The notes under the pieces were generated by a model. That model worked only from the letters and a program-made list of their open reading frames with translations. It had not been told where the DNA came from and searched no databases. Shown here piece after piece: positions 12,801 to 27,100 of a stretch of 64,000 nt of DNA. This DNA comes from Raillietiella orientalis (lineage: Eukaryota), in contig JAYWIR010000027.1 of the NCBI GenBank assembly GCA_036172245.1, forward strand, positions 1,798,001-1,862,000, given 5' to 3'. Positions within the stretch are counted from its first letter, which is position 1. Each line of letters opens with the position of its first letter. The translations under genes were made by a program, and so were the position numbers.

Positions 12801-14429
12801 CAGAGAAGGGCGGCCACCCGCATGGCGGCCTCCCCGATGAGGACGGCTGCGAGGGGGTGGGTGACCTCGCCTGTGAGAAGAAGTCACCAGCATTAAGCGC
12901 CAGCTGCAGGAAGGAAGGAGAAACTGGAGCCAAAGACCCTTCTTCTCCTTTTATTTCTTTGTTTATTTATTGCCCCCCTCCCTCCCGCTCCAGACTTCCT
13001 TGGAAGTCGGGCAGAAGATAAAAGTGCAGCCGAAGGTGGAGCGCGCGGTGAGCTGCTGATCAACCCTCACTGCTGCAAGAATCAAAAAAGGTACTCCAGA
13101 TGGCTGCTCTCTAGCGTTTCGCAGCTGGGGCTTGCATGGGGAACGCGGATTTAGCCGAGAGGACACAGCCGGAAGCTACTGCATACGCCCTCTGGAGCGC
13201 TCCTCTGGAATCATCGCGTCCCAGACTGGCGGTGCAGACGCTGCTGCGAGGATCCACGCGCCGTCCGAATACTCCCCCTCGAGCGATCCTTTGGATGGGA
13301 AACCGCGATCTGCTGAGTGAGGAGCAGCCTTGACGACGGAGCAGACCGGAACAGGCGTCCTCCCACCGACAGACGCAAGGTCTTCTGTGGGCGCAGCTTC
13401 CAAGAGACCCGAGAAGCGGAGGAGGTCGCTTGGAAATACTCCGCTGAATCCCCGCCGGCTTGCCTCGAATCGCTCTCGGGTGCTGCCGAATCCGGGAAGG
13501 TAGCCGAGCCTGCCGCCAAAGAACGGGGGGCAGCTGCTGCGTTGCTTTTTCCCCCTTACCCGTGGCTGTCCAAGTTCCCTCTACCGCCGCCGCCCAGCGC
13601 GGGCGTTTCCTGCATCGAGCGCGCGTCATTCTCATCCGGACAGGAACCCGTGATCCGCTTGGCGCGCACTCATCTGGCCTCAGGTCCCGCTTTCATCCCA
13701 GTGATCTTTCCCGTCCGCGAATGCCTCCTCTCCCGCGCGGGAAAACTCACGGAAGTCCCTGGAAACGAGGGTAGCTGGCGTTTCGGGACGTGCAGGCAGG
13801 ATAGGCGGGCACGAAGGAGCGCGTCGCTCTCGCGCGCAGTGGTCCGACATCGACCGTGGCGCACATAGAAGCTGCCATTTTGAGGTGCTTCTCCATGGAG
13901 GAGACTCGGCCTGGAGCATCTGAGATGGAATCGCGTTGCGCACGTCAAACACACCCAAACGTCATGCCTTCGAAAAAACGGTGAACGTGCATGCGTGCGT
14001 GTTTTGACACCAAATAAAATCACTTCCAGGTGGCTCTTTAATTATGTCCATGCAGCTTTCTTCTTTCTTTCTTCCGGACCTTCGGCAGCCCCTGCTGTAT
14101 CGGAGTCATCACATTCATGCGAGTCGCCCCGGGGGACGGAGAGGCTGGGCTACTAGACGTGGGTGTACTACAGATTTGCAAGCTCAGGGCAAAATTAGCA
14201 GACTCATTGGACATTTTGGATCGATCTTTGGATCCCCGGAGTTTCGGAACGAAATCTAAAAAAAAAAAAGAAAAAAAAAAAAAAAAAAAAGGTAGTGAAA
14301 GGTCCTTGGGGGGGGGGGGATTTCCCCCCCCCCTTCCTTCCCTCTTTCGCTGGAGATTATCATTTTCTCCAGCGTTATTATCATTATATTGTAATTATCC
14401 CGGAGCCCGGCGGTTGGCATCCCGGAACG

Positions 14430-14446
14430 CACGCGTTTTCCACGCG
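14430..14446 (+). promoter_or_regulatory. ChoRE-like element (CACGCG-n5-CACGCG) upstream of the alpha-arrestin
   Basis: Two E-box-like hexamers separated by exactly 5 nt, about 670 bp upstream of the ATG; this is the geometry of Mondo/ChREBP-Mlx sites. Confidence 0.35.
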
Positions 14447-14696
14447 GCTGCTGCGCTCCCCGCGCATTGTTGAAGCCACGCATTGTTGCGTTTCGGGCTG
14501 CGTTTGAAACGGACGAATCCCCTCGTCGAACCGTCCCGCGGTTTTTGCCTTCGCCCGCGACCCTTCCTTGCACAACTCCTTCGAGGCCCGCGTGCGGCCG
14601 CTTCGTGCCACCGGGAGGGGTTGTGCAACGCGCCGCTGCACTCGGATGTGCAGAGTCCAAACAAACCAAGGAAGAAAGAGAGAAAGAAGGGAGGAA

Positions 14697-14706
14697 AACA
14701 CACACA

Positions 14707-14748
<42 letters not shown>
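14697..14748. repeat. (CA)n microsatellite followed by a long A run
   Basis: Seen directly; other A runs at about 14258-14290 and 17058-17080. Confidence 0.85.
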
Positions 14749-14750
<2 letters not shown>

Positions 14751-14838
14751 ACCACCCACCCGCTTGGCCCGAGCGCACCGCAGGCAGCCGCCTGGTCCGA
14801 GCATACTCCATTCGCCCAACCGAACGTGTGCCGTGTAG

Positions 14839-15089
14839 GTGAGTTCGACGCACACCTCGGCCAACGTGCTGCCCACTCACATACTTTCTAATTGCTCCTT
14901 CTGGACGACAGAAAAGCTCACGGCCTTGTGGGCAGTCATGATACTGTAGTAAAGACGTTATTCAAGAGTCACCCTGGGAAACATGCAGCGGTGTTTGCGC
15001 AAGCGGCGGAACGCAGTGCGCGGTGTGTTTTTCGGTGTACGATGCTGATGGTGTTGCCACTCGCTGCGAAAATCAGAACGGTGTTTTAG
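14839..15089 (+). other. Probable 5' UTR intron of the alpha-arrestin gene
   Basis: Consensus donor TAG|GTGAGT at 14839 and acceptor TTTTAG|CAG (tandem NAGNAG) at 15089, 27 nt before the ATG. Confidence 0.5.
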
Positions 15090-15116
15090 CAGCCGACGCC
15101 TTGCAGCCAGCGAAGC

Positions 15117-18100
15117 ATGTCGAAAAAGTTGTTGAAGTTCCTCATCCTTTTCGATAACGAGAACCTGCTGTATTTCCCCGGACAGTTTATCAACGGGCGC
15201 GTTGTCATCGAACTGGAAGCGGAGACGCCGGTGCTAGGTAAGAACCGGGAAGGCGGAGGAACCGCAGGGAATCGGAAACATTTGCCCTGTTCGTGCACCT
15301 CTTCCAACCCGTGCTTTTCCCTCCTCCTCCTCCGCGGACGTACTTCGGTTGCTTAGCGAGGGGAATTTTTCCGAGAAATTCCTCGACCCGCGCGGAATCC
15401 GCTCGCAGCCATGGGAACCGGGAACGCTGGTAGGAGGAGGAGGAAGCCAGTCGGGTGGCGCGGCGTGCCCTACCGAAACGGGGGAGCCGCTTCCCTGCCC
15501 CGACGGGGGCGTGTCGAGCCAACGGCCAAGGTGTCTCCGCGCTCAGCGTCTCGAGATGGACACGAGAGGGCACGTGCGCCTCCGTTGCAGCTGCGTCGCT
15601 CCCTCGGCGGGAAGCCATCGTTTGGGCTCGCCAAACCCCCACGGAGTAGGAAACACACGGCGCGGGAGGGAGAACCGCGGCTCCTCCCGCGGTGACTTGC
15701 AGGTCAAAAGTGCCAGCGATCTCGGCATCCAAGTGTTCCATTTCTTGCTTTCGTCCATGAAAGCATTCTCTTTTCTTTTCCTTTTTTCTCCCCCGGAACT
15801 CCTGCGGTAGGCTCCGCATGACGGACAGAATTGACCAGTTGGACGCTTTAATTGAAAAGCTAACCACCACGTAAAGTGACAGACAGACAGTCCGGTGCAA
15901 GTAAAAATACTTTGGAGAGAAAAAAAAAAAAAAGATCAGCCCAAAAAGCGCCAGCTGGAGGAGACACAAGAGAAACACACCCAGCGCGTGATGAGCGACA
16001 GTGATGGACCAGTGTCCTGATGGGAAAAAGATTCGAAAAATCGTCACCTCTGCCAGTCATGGAAGTAAACATTGGCTGGCAGAGGTGCTTTAGGCATACG
16101 TTGAAAAAGCAACAGCTGTAACAGGAATACCGATACCAGTGACTGAGGAAAGGGAACCGTAAGGCGCATCCCGATTCCTCGTTAAATGCACGAGGATGGG
16201 CGGGAAGAATACACTATAGTTACCAGGAGAATGGATTACTCTGCACCAGAAAGCTACGTCACTTCAGAGTGGGAAAAGACTTGGAAGCGCGCGTGCCGAG
16301 CCGATCATCTTTACTCTTTGGGATGGGACTGCATTTCTCTTGAATCCAGTAACTGCGCTCCTCAACAGAGATCCGGAAGTACCGCGCAGTGCACCCTTTA
16401 TGCATGATCCGGGACGGTAAGGGAGGGATGCCGAGCTCTTGTCACTTTACGCAGGCAGTGGCAACACTGTGTGAAGCTCAAAAGAGAGGTCGGAAATCTT
16501 CCTCAAATGGAAAGCACGTAGGAAAATTTCGGTAGATATCCGTTAGGATCAGTTGCCATGCACCCGTAGGAGAAAAAAAAGAAGAAAAAAAAGAACGCAT
16601 CACATGGGGAATTCCCAGAAACGGTGGAACTGCTTCCCGCACATGCCCAAGTGCCCTGTTATTAGGGATGCTGTTTTGGGAGAAGCACTTTTGTTTCCTA
16701 CTCCTCCAAGTCGATGCTCAGAAATGACCCCTGCAGGGAGACGCCACGAAGCACACATCAAGGAGTTGGTGTTTCCCTGTTTGCACGTTCCTCGGTTTTT
16801 AGGTTTCGGTGCACTTTTGCACGAATGAGGAAGGAAGGGAGGCGAGGGGATCCCCACTGTCGACCACTGCCTAGCGATAAATTGCTTCACTTTCAGCTTC
16901 CCATTTCCATGCCATGTGTTTCATGGAAGGTGGAAATCCCACAAAAGGCATCTTCCGTTCGAGGGAGGGGCGGAGTGAGGAGGGGACCTTCCGTAGTCCG
17001 CACCTTCCTGCGTGCAGCGTGTTTTTGTTTCCGTGCTGCGTTCACTTCCCTGAAACGAAAAAAAAAAAAAAAAAAAAAAAGAAGAAATCGCGGATTTTAC
17101 GGATAAAAAAAAAGAAAGAAACGCCAGGCGACGCAAGCGCTGGGCGAGGAGCTGCTCCATGGCGCGCTTAGGCTAATCCTATTGTTGCGTGTGCCCTAGG
17201 ACTCTTCTTCCACATTGTTGGAGAAGGAGTGGTCAACCTGAGCGTCAGGAAAGGCAGGTTCTACGACAAGGAAAACTACATCGATTTCAGGATGAGACTC
17301 CTGGGCGAACCAGGTAAATGATCATCTTTTTTCTTCTTCTTCACACGAAAGCATCAGGGCGCGTGGAGGTGCTGCCACACATTTTATGGGGGCGTAGAGT
17401 GGGCAGTGGGGATCGCAGCTCACGGAGGTCGGCTCGTGGAACTTCGGAATCGCCAGGAGCCACGCGGAGGAACGTGTCGCGATAAATCCAACAAATGGGG
17501 TGTACGGAGGTGTACGGGTTTCCGGTCTTCTGATAAATGTGCGCCACTCGTGAGATCCACGGACTCTTGCTGCAGTCTTACTAAGTTTTTATTATTATTA
17601 TTATTATTTTGTGGATTCGATCCCACGGTTATTTTTTATTATTTTTTTTTTTTACAACGGCCGGCTATTAGACGTTTGGATGCCTTTGAGGCTGCGAAAG
17701 GTATTCGTTTACAGACTTTCAAAACACACAGGGGCATACAAAAAGCAAAGGCGTTTCTGAAGGATGAGCGGCCGGGGTTTTTTCGAAACATCACGTGGAG
17801 AGCAGGAGAAAGAAAAACGGCTTTCTCGTTGATTGGCTGACTTCACACGGCACGCTTTCCGGGCGCAATGCGAATCGAGTGGTGAAAGCCAGCGCACGTT
17901 GGGTGTTGATGACACCTCGAAGAGGGGAGTGAAAAGGAAGAATGCTCCGCACAAGATGCTCGAAGTTCAAGCATTCCTACACGAGAACACGCACTTACCA
18001 CTCCCTGCTTTATAACACTAGCAGGGAACTGGGACGAGGCTCTCTGAATGTAGGGGCAGTCGCCAAGGTCGCGAACAAAAAAAGAAATTGAAAAACGGAA

Positions 18101-21100
18101 GCCTTGAAGCTTCCTGGCGTTTTATTTGTGAGTTCCACAAAAATTCAGATTTTGCTCGGCCATCTGCGGAATATTCAGATCGAAAGGCAGCTAAGTTTTG
18201 GGGACTGGTGGTAGGGACTCAGTAGGGAAAGAAAACTGCAAGATACTTTTTGCCAGCGAATGCCGGAGTTGAGCAAAAAGGGAAGAATTTTTCATTTTTT
18301 TTTTTTTTTTTTTCGAGCAAAGTCAAAAGTTACTGTTCTGCATGGGAGAGCGGAGCTGAATCGATCGAGCAGCTGCCCTCCTACCCTCAGCAGTCGGCAT
18401 AAAGAAAGTTTCGAGTTTGCCATGCAACGAAGAGGCGAACCGAAAAGATCGGACACGAAAAGGAGACTGAGGAAAAACGGCGCTGCAACCCGGAGTCTGC
18501 ACGGGGAGCGAGATGCCAGTACGCTCTCATTAATGCAATTATAATCACGCTGCCATGAATTACTGTGGCAGGTTTTTTAAGGAGAAAAAAATCAGGTTAA
18601 GAAAGGTGTGCGAAGAAATCAGGTTTCGAGGAAATGTCTGCGGAAAGAGAGGAAAGGAGGGAGAGATGAAGTTTCATTCTCACTGCCCCCTCCCCCCGGC
18701 CAACTGCAGCCAGGCTCCAGAGTTCGGAGCCACCAGTCCCATAGAGTGAGTTCTCGCGGGTCACCACTCGTTCCGACTCCACGTGCCGCAAGTCACCTGG
18801 AATGCCCCAAGCCGACGGGTGAATGCCGCCCATTGCGGTGAAATTCAGAGATGTGCAAGAACCATTTTGCATTCCACGTTTCGTGGAGGCCCTTCCTTCC
18901 AGAGGGCGCCGCGGCTTCCCGATCGAACCTGGTCTCCTTTCTTCCGCTTCTTGCTTCTCGGACCACAAGTGGCGCCGCCGACAACACGACCACGGAAGGC
19001 TGGTTCCGCATGCCAGCCAGCATCAGCGTGCGGCGTCCCGAGCTCCCTACCCTCGGCAACTCCGACTCTGCAAGATTTTCGAATTCGGTTGCGTCGAAAA
19101 GGCAGAGCGGAGAAGCAGCTGCGAATCAGACGGGAGAGTCTGATCAAAGGTCCAGAGGCAGAGAAAAATGTGAGAGCGAGCGAGCACGAGTGGCTGCAAA
19201 CCCAGCGCGGTGATCCGCCACGCCAGTCGCTCGTGAAATTCAGCAGAGAGGGATTCGAGTGTTGCTTTCTTGGGGACTGCGCCGGAGTCGCACGCAAGGT
19301 CGACGAACTGACCAGGAACTCCTGGGAGGGCTTTCGAAATGCTCACCTGCCGGAACGACGATGCGGAGTGCGTTGCATCGTTCGCCCGGCTGCCGCATGA
19401 AGACTTGGCATTCAGAACGAACCACGAGCACGGAATCGTTTAGACATGCTTTTGGTGTAGGTTGAAGGGGAGGTCCAAGGGCTTTGCGTAGAGCATGAGA
19501 CAAAACAACACTCCTTCGGCCCATGACAGTGAATTCGCTGCGGTTTTATCAGGCAGCTTTCCTGGGACCAAGAACGACGAGGAACACCAGATCTCGCTCC
19601 ATCGAGTTTTCCCTTTCGAAAATTACAGAATCCTGGTGAATTGAGTTGGAGGTCTTTCCGCATCAACCTCCGGACACCTCGGGACAACGCTGTCCTCGAA
19701 ACAAGCACGGCGCAATTCTCATGTCGCTCGTATTCATAGAACGAGGACGGCCTTCCTCCTTAAGGCTCACGGGTTCATCATGAGCTCACTCTTGAGGCAC
19801 GCGGATTCCTTTTAAAGTGCTGAGTTTAGTGGGGACGAGGGGGGCGAATCTTTGAAAAGGTGTCAGGATCTTCGCAGCAATCCCCCAGCTGAGGAAAAAC
19901 TCGTCCGTATTACTCGCAGCATCTCTTCAGCTTCCCCGTGACTTTTACTAGAAAAAAAAAAAAAAAATGGAGAAACCTTTTCCAGTCTGCTTTGTTCGGA
20001 TGCCAGACAATTTCAGTTGGTTGTCTCAGGAGCACGTGGATGAGAAGGCACCGTGCGTCCATTTCAACAACGTTCTTTCCGCTCCCTAAACCAACAGCAA
20101 TCGCGACTCTCTGTATCTTTCAGTTATTAGACGTCGTCATCAAGATAATTAGCGTTTAAGTAAGCGAACAAGAAGCATTCGTGCTGCTTTCGGTCGCGCC
20201 GCGTTGGAAGATTGGGTTTGGCGACATTGCTGCCTCCAGGCAGTTTTTCCGTGAGACCGATCCTCAGGTCGCAGCACCCAACTTTTAAAATTTCCTCTTC
20301 CTCTTCTTCCTCATCTTCCTCATGCGCATGCTGGTAGCTCGTGGCAGTCGTGCTTTCCTGGAAACCATCGCGCGCAGGCCAACCCGAGGGAAAAGCGTTC
20401 CCAAAGAACGCCGAAGAGTGCGCCTCTTCGCAGTGCGTTGCATTAGGAAGCGGTGAGGTCAGCAGCTGTTTCGAAAGCCATGAGGCGGACGAGCGGAGTT
20501 GCCACGGGCGGCAAGACAAGCATGACTCGCCAGCTTCGCTCAATCGCCCAATTTTGCCATCAAGAATCACGGGACAAACAAATTCGAGCGGCCGTAAAGA
20601 GAGAGTTATGGGATTATACCAGGCTCTGAGTTTCGGTCTTCATGCGCGTGCGCAGGGTATTTGAATTTTATTTCGTTGGGGTACGCGGACGATTGACACT
20701 CCCCCGTCCAATTCAGAGCTTCTTAATTTGGGTAATCAAAAGTTGGTCGCTCTCGTGGGGCACTGACAGAAGTGACTCCCTGCTGGAACCGAAAAGACTT
20801 GTGGAAGTTGCATGGCCTACCTATCGTTGTCGTCTGAGCGCGAATCTGGCGTGCCACCACCCAGCCGCGCGCTGGACCGCCGTTGAAAGCGCGAATTTCC
20901 TCCGCATCTCACGGAGAAGCGACCTGAGAATAGCTTTCCCGACGGGAGAAACGGAAGACGCCTTCCGGAGTTTTCGAGTGCTTGGTCCGCGCTTTCGACT
21001 GTGGTGAAGCGGACCGAGGAGATGGGTCCATCGAACCAAGCAACGGGGGGGCAGTGTGCACGTACGAGAGGCCACCCGGCCTCCAGCTGCCTCTGCGCCA

Positions 21101-24100
21101 GGATCGGCGGACGGTCGTGCAGCAAGCGGCACTCTCATGAGAACAGGAGATCCCGCCAGCCACGCGAAACCCGGATGCGTTAACGGAGGCCACGCGCAGC
21201 GACGTCACTTTTCGCATTCTGTTGTTTGTAACGGAAGCTCATGTCGCTCGTTGCCGCCCATCCGCTTGCGTGGGTGTTCTCCCGCCGCTAGTGGCCATCT
21301 ATAAGTTCGGATCCCATTCCATTTTGCTCATTCAATTTCTACCGCCGTTCGCTGTCCATTCGCCGACCCTGTTCGTGAAATTCGGTTCATCTGCTTAAAG
21401 AGGGTTGTGGTCCCCGCCTCTTCCCCGGGTCCTAGACTGCTTCTAAAATGGCGACCTCTTCGGGTTCACGGAACTGCGAGGTTCCTTTTCTTCTTCTTAT
21501 TGACAAACGAGTCCTTCCGCAGCAGGAGCAGTTGGACCTTGGCATCTAGCAAACAGGGAAACACTACGACCAGCCATTTTCAGTCGTTGGGTCACTCGAT
21601 GCCAGCTGCGTTCCCGACTTCAAACACCAGGAAAGAACGATACGAGTCGATGTCCTCTCTTGCAGAAGAGAGACGAGGTATTGAGGTAGTGCTTTGAAGG
21701 CCAAATCGTGCCAGGAACGTTTCCTCTCGCCACACGGCATAAAGATGAAGCGGCGAATTCCCTCGCGACCATCTCTTGTTCCCCCCACCCCCCGTCCATT
21801 ATTCCCAATTAGAGATTTCAATCCTTGGTGTCCTGACACGATGAAATTCTGATTGAATTGTATTAAATGGTGCCACATTAGCTGATTGTACCAAATCTTC
21901 ATTGTTTTTTGAATTCCTTCAGCTGATTGGACACTTTGTCATCTTGTACAATACGAATTATTTGCAGTTTTCGAATACCGTACCCTACAGCCACAAGTTG
22001 GGAAACGCCCCATGCTAGCCCATCGCACGCGGTGATACGAACTTGTTCTTCTACTTTCCGCATACCTTTTTTGTCATCCCATCCACGGTTTCGCATCCCA
22101 AATGATACTGGATTTCGTTTTTTTTTTAGGACGTTTTTTTTTCTCGGCACACACGCTTTCGAACAATCTTCTTTGAGCCTTCGAGCCTCCTCCTCTGACT
22201 TAAATAAACCTACGTCATCATCGGCTTCATTCGTTTCGCTGTCTTTGGTATCTCTCTACTTCGGTATTTCCCTTCTTTTTGATGGACAGAGGAGGAATTC
22301 CGAAAGAATGTCAAGAGACCCCTCTGTAACATGTTATCTTATTGTAAATCAAAACGATAAACAACTGCACTGCCTGGGATAAAGGATGCACGTCTCCCGC
22401 CTTCTCAAAATGGGCGCGACGCTCAAAGGTCAAAATGAAAATTCCTCTATCGTTTGTATCTCCGAAGTAGGGAACACCTGAAGTAGAGAACCTTTAACAC
22501 CAATGAACTTTTCCCTGCTTTCTCCGAAACTGCTTATGCGTCTGCGCCATCTACAAGAGTGCACGTGCTGCTGTTGGTCAATTTTTCGTGGTGCTTCATC
22601 AAGCAGTGCACTGTCCGAATGCAATGCAACGTGTCCTTCGAAGCAGCTGTAGATCAGCAAAGATGGGTTCTCGATCCTGCACATACCATTGCAGCAACAT
22701 CCGCTTCCTTTGCTTGCGACCAACGACGACAGACACTGCGTCCTCGCGTCTGCGCCCGCCTCCAGCCACGGTCCCTGGCCGCACGAAGAAGCTATCTAAG
22801 AATTGGCTGGGAACCCGAGTTCCAGAGCACCAATGAGGAAGAAAGTACCAGAACGCCCCGATCTTCGTTTGGTTGCCGAAATTCGTTTCGATTCCGGGGT
22901 CGCCCGCATCCCGGGATTCGACAGCGAACACTTCAAATCCGTTGAGCCGGGGTTCCCAGTCTGCCGAAGCGTACCGTAGGAGCGTCTAGTTCCGGACGGA
23001 TGCTGCGGTGGTTGCGAAATTCGTCCGCGGCCTCCGCCGTTTGCAACGCGACGACGACCACATCCCGGACTTCCCGCGTCCGCTACCGAGAGAGTTACGA
23101 CGACTGCAGAGCCGTGCCTTTCAGCCATCTCCGCGCACACCTCAAGCTCTTGAACGAGCATGGATGGAGAGCAGCCGACTTCCCTTGGGTGCCGCCGGCT
23201 CATCTGCCAGATTCGAAATGACCCAGAGTGAGTGGCTTGCTGGCCGGAATGACGCTAAGCGTTACCAGGCGACTTTTCCTGCGCCCAGAGACGCACCCGC
23301 GGAACGCTTTCCTTGTCGAACGGAACGTGTCCGTGCTGCGCCGCCGCCGCTTCCAGGGAGTGTGCTCGCAGGGAGCCACCTTTGGAACCGCGAGGCTCTT
23401 CCCTCTCGTCTTTCTTTGTTCCTCACATGCGCGTAAAAGGGAACCGAAATTTCAGCGCCCCGCGCATCCCCTGAGACCATGATCGACCCAGCACGCGTTA
23501 CGGGAAGGGTAGGGAGGGATCAGACGAGCTCCCATTATTTCAGGCCCGTTGCCCCTTCTCTCATGAAACCGTCTGGTACGGCGGTACATGGTACGGACCG
23601 CACTGATCGGTCACTTAACAAAAAACACCCCGAGAGAAACAGCGCAGGCTCTGCAGCTGCTGAACTGGCGGCGACGGCATCCCCCATCCAAGCAAAGGCT
23701 CGTGGGATTCAGTCTCACGCTGCGTTGGCTTCACCCACAGGTGCATCCGTGGCCGACTCTGGGAACGTTGAGCCAATGGCGAAAGGTGACCGCCTCCATC
23801 GCCGCTGCGGCCTCACTCTCGAAAGAATCTTGACCGGAAGTCGAGGACGGATGCTCGCGAGGACGATCAAGTGAAAGCGACCCTCGGCGGAGAGGGCAGG
23901 TGGCGGACGAGTGCGCATCCTTCTCCTTTCCCTGCGGGGGCACTCAGGAGAGAAAGGTTGTGGAAGCAAGAGGTGGGGAGGGTGTGTCGCGTGGGCCCGA
24001 GACGGGCGGCCTGGGAGCCGCGATTGTTTTCCTAGGCGCCAGGGCCGGCAAACTCTCTTCCCCCGGAACACAAAGTTCAGCTTATAGGGAGAACGGACAG

Positions 24101-27100
24101 GCACGCCTCTCAAGCGGAATTTGTTCCCGCCCGCAGCCGTCGCGACCGAGAGCGAGTCGCCCGATGCCTCTCCGGGCTGCGAAGTGCTTGAAAGGGTTGA
24201 TCACGAACGTGTTCGACGTCGGTCTGCGCGCACCGCGTCGCGCGAAGCACGCTCTTCCTCCCCGCCATCCTCAGTCTCCTTGGTTGCCCTTTTTTTTTTG
24301 GTATGTTTACTGTGCCAACAAACGGCCCTGAGTCACTGGGTGCGAAAGAGCACGTGGGACAGAACAGCCGGCCCCAGCGCGCGCAGCCGCGCTTAAACGC
24401 GCACTTTCCTTTAATTACCAAACCGGATGATGATGACGAGACGGCAAAACAGTCGATAAACAATCTCTGATGGTGGCGCCTCGATCTGCCTTGACGAAGA
24501 AAGGGTTTGCAAAGACGAGCGTTCCGTTTCCAAGGCAGGAAACCCAGCGCAGCACGTTATACGGAAAGTGCAAGAAGCGCTGTCCTCACCAGCGTCACCA
24601 CCGGTCGAAGTGTCGGCGTTCGTCGTGGCAAAGGAAGGTTTGTCAGCCTGTCGCGATAGGGGGCTCATTACGGAAATAAAAACAAGAAAGCACAATTCAA
24701 ACGATCGCGCGCAGATGAAAGCGGGGCTACTATGAACACGCTGCAGCGCATGGTCCAGTAGGGGATACAAGAAAGAAAGAAAAAAAATGTCCATTTGAAG
24801 GCAGTGGGGAGCCAATGAATTGCGTCCTGATTCGCCGCGCCATCAAGGCACCGACCCTTCCGTTTTACCTGAGTCCAGTGGGGCCCGTCTCACCACCTAT
24901 CGCGCAAGTTTGAAGGCTTTTCGCCTCGTTCTGCCGAACTCCGAAGTTGTCATCGCAACCCCGTGGAGGAAGGGCGTACTGGTTCAATTGCTGCCACAGG
25001 AGAAGAGCCTCGGGAAAGGACGAAGCGCTTGGGACCGTGTTCGGGCGCGTCAAAGGGGAAGGGTCTCTCGCAAACACGCCTCCCCCTTCTGCACGGCCTC
25101 GCAATCCCGGGGCACGGCGTGGAAGGGATTTGTCAAGAGCACACCCTGTGCAGTCAGATACTTCCTCTTCGGAGGCAGGCAGCGCAGGCCACTGTGCAAA
25201 CCTCGGCGCAAAAGCAGCGTTGGCATCATGTCGTAGCCTCGGGGCAAGGCGCCCCGAGTCTTTGCCTACGGGAGCGACCGCCAAGACCTCTGGGTCGACT
25301 CCTAAGGATTCAGCTCCTCGTCGGAGTCCTCTCGCTTGTAGGGACGGGAAAGAAGAGGTGCCGATCCGTCCGCGACAGAGCGGGCGGTCTCCCATTTCTC
25401 TGGCTGGCACTGCCCTCCCTGCCGCTGAAGGCACGCAGCGTGTAGCCAAGGGGGTGGAGCAGGCGTGACACCAATTCCGCATTGTTTCCGCTAGGTGAAT
25501 TTTCCCTCGGCGGGCTGGGTGAACGCTGCTGGTCTGGACCCACGTTTTCAATGCGCACGGGAAAAAACATCGTATTCTCTCGTGGTCAAGAGGTTGGGCT
25601 GACGGGCCGGCAGGAGACCCAGAAACTCTCTCCTAGCCAGGAAAGCATCTGCTTCGGGGGGAAACCCAGTGGAGGAACATCACGATGACCGCTGGGCATA
25701 TGGGACGCAAACCCGTAGCAGCCAACCAGACGACGCATCACGTGACGGGCCGCAGGGGATGCCGGCGATCGTCCCGGTGCATGCACGGGCGGGCTTTTGT
25801 TTCTGGAAAAGCTGAAGCTGTGTTCCTCGCTGCCAGCAAGAGACCGGAGACCTCATTAGAGGCGGTGAGCGGCAAGGAGGACCAGTGCTCGAGGTCCAAG
25901 AAGAGATGGACTGCTCAGACTGGGAAACGGAGGACGCGGTCATGGTGGGGCTCCCGGCGCTTTCGCCGTATCCACACATCCATGTTTGAAAGACGTCTCG
26001 CGCCAAAAACCGCGATCGTGAGTACTCCGTCGTCGGCACGACCGCTTGATGCAGGTCTTCCATTGGAATCTTTCGTCGTGGCAATCCTGACTCATGCTGT
26101 GCTTACTTGTCAAATATCAACATATTACGAAGGAAAAAAATCCAATTTTGTGTCAGGAAAAAAAAAAATAAGTACACGCAGGACAGACAACGTAACCACA
26201 ACAGGCGGACACACCAAACCAGCAGTACAACACAACATAAATGCGCGCACGAGTGCACCAGCAGCTGAAGCCCAGAGTGGTGTTTCTTCCTTTTGCCGAT
26301 TCCAGCAATGCAGCCTTTGGAGTCTTTGTCATCAGCTGCTGCAAGCAATAGGCTGCCGCCTCCCACAATGCAAAGATACAGAGCGCGGCAGCAGGGGCTA
26401 AAGAGACCGCAGCTCTCTTGCTTTGCAAACCTGGGTGATTTTCGGAAGTATCTGGGGTCCACTCCCTCTGTTTGGCATTCTTGTATGTCAGCAACCCGAG
26501 AGCTGGCAGCACCGCCCGTCCCTACATCCGGCTCAGAATTTGAGGCGAGAAGCATCCCGAAGGACAGGCACGCATGGAAGTTCGGTTCCAAGCTCAAACG
26601 CGCAAGCGCGCGCGACGCAAAGCGCTGCTCCCTGTTTCTCTGACGTGTCTTCCTCTCTCGAAATAGGTGAGGATGCGATACTCCTGTCTCCCGGAATCCA
26701 CAGCTTCCCCTTCAAGCTGGGTCTCCCACTAGGACTGCCTTCCACGTTCCTGGGAACCTACGGTTGGGTGCAGTATTACTGCAAAGCAGCGCTCAAGGAG
26801 CTGGGCGGTTTGATACACAAGAACCAGCACGTGTTCATAGTGATGAATCCCATTGACTTGAACCTGGAACCTCCGATGCTGGCTGTAAGTCCCAAACCGA
26901 CCGCCGGGGTCTCCGCGCTGGAACCCGTCCATCCGGGTCGCTCCTTCGCCCTTGTGGGGGAATGCCTGTGGAAGCTGGCGTTCCGCTCGACTCGGAAGGG
27001 CGGTAGTCGAGTGCAGGAGCGGACGCCAACGCACACCGCGCTCTTGCTTCACCCTTTCACCTTCCCGCCTCCCTCCCCGGTTCTACTCCAGCCCCCAGTT

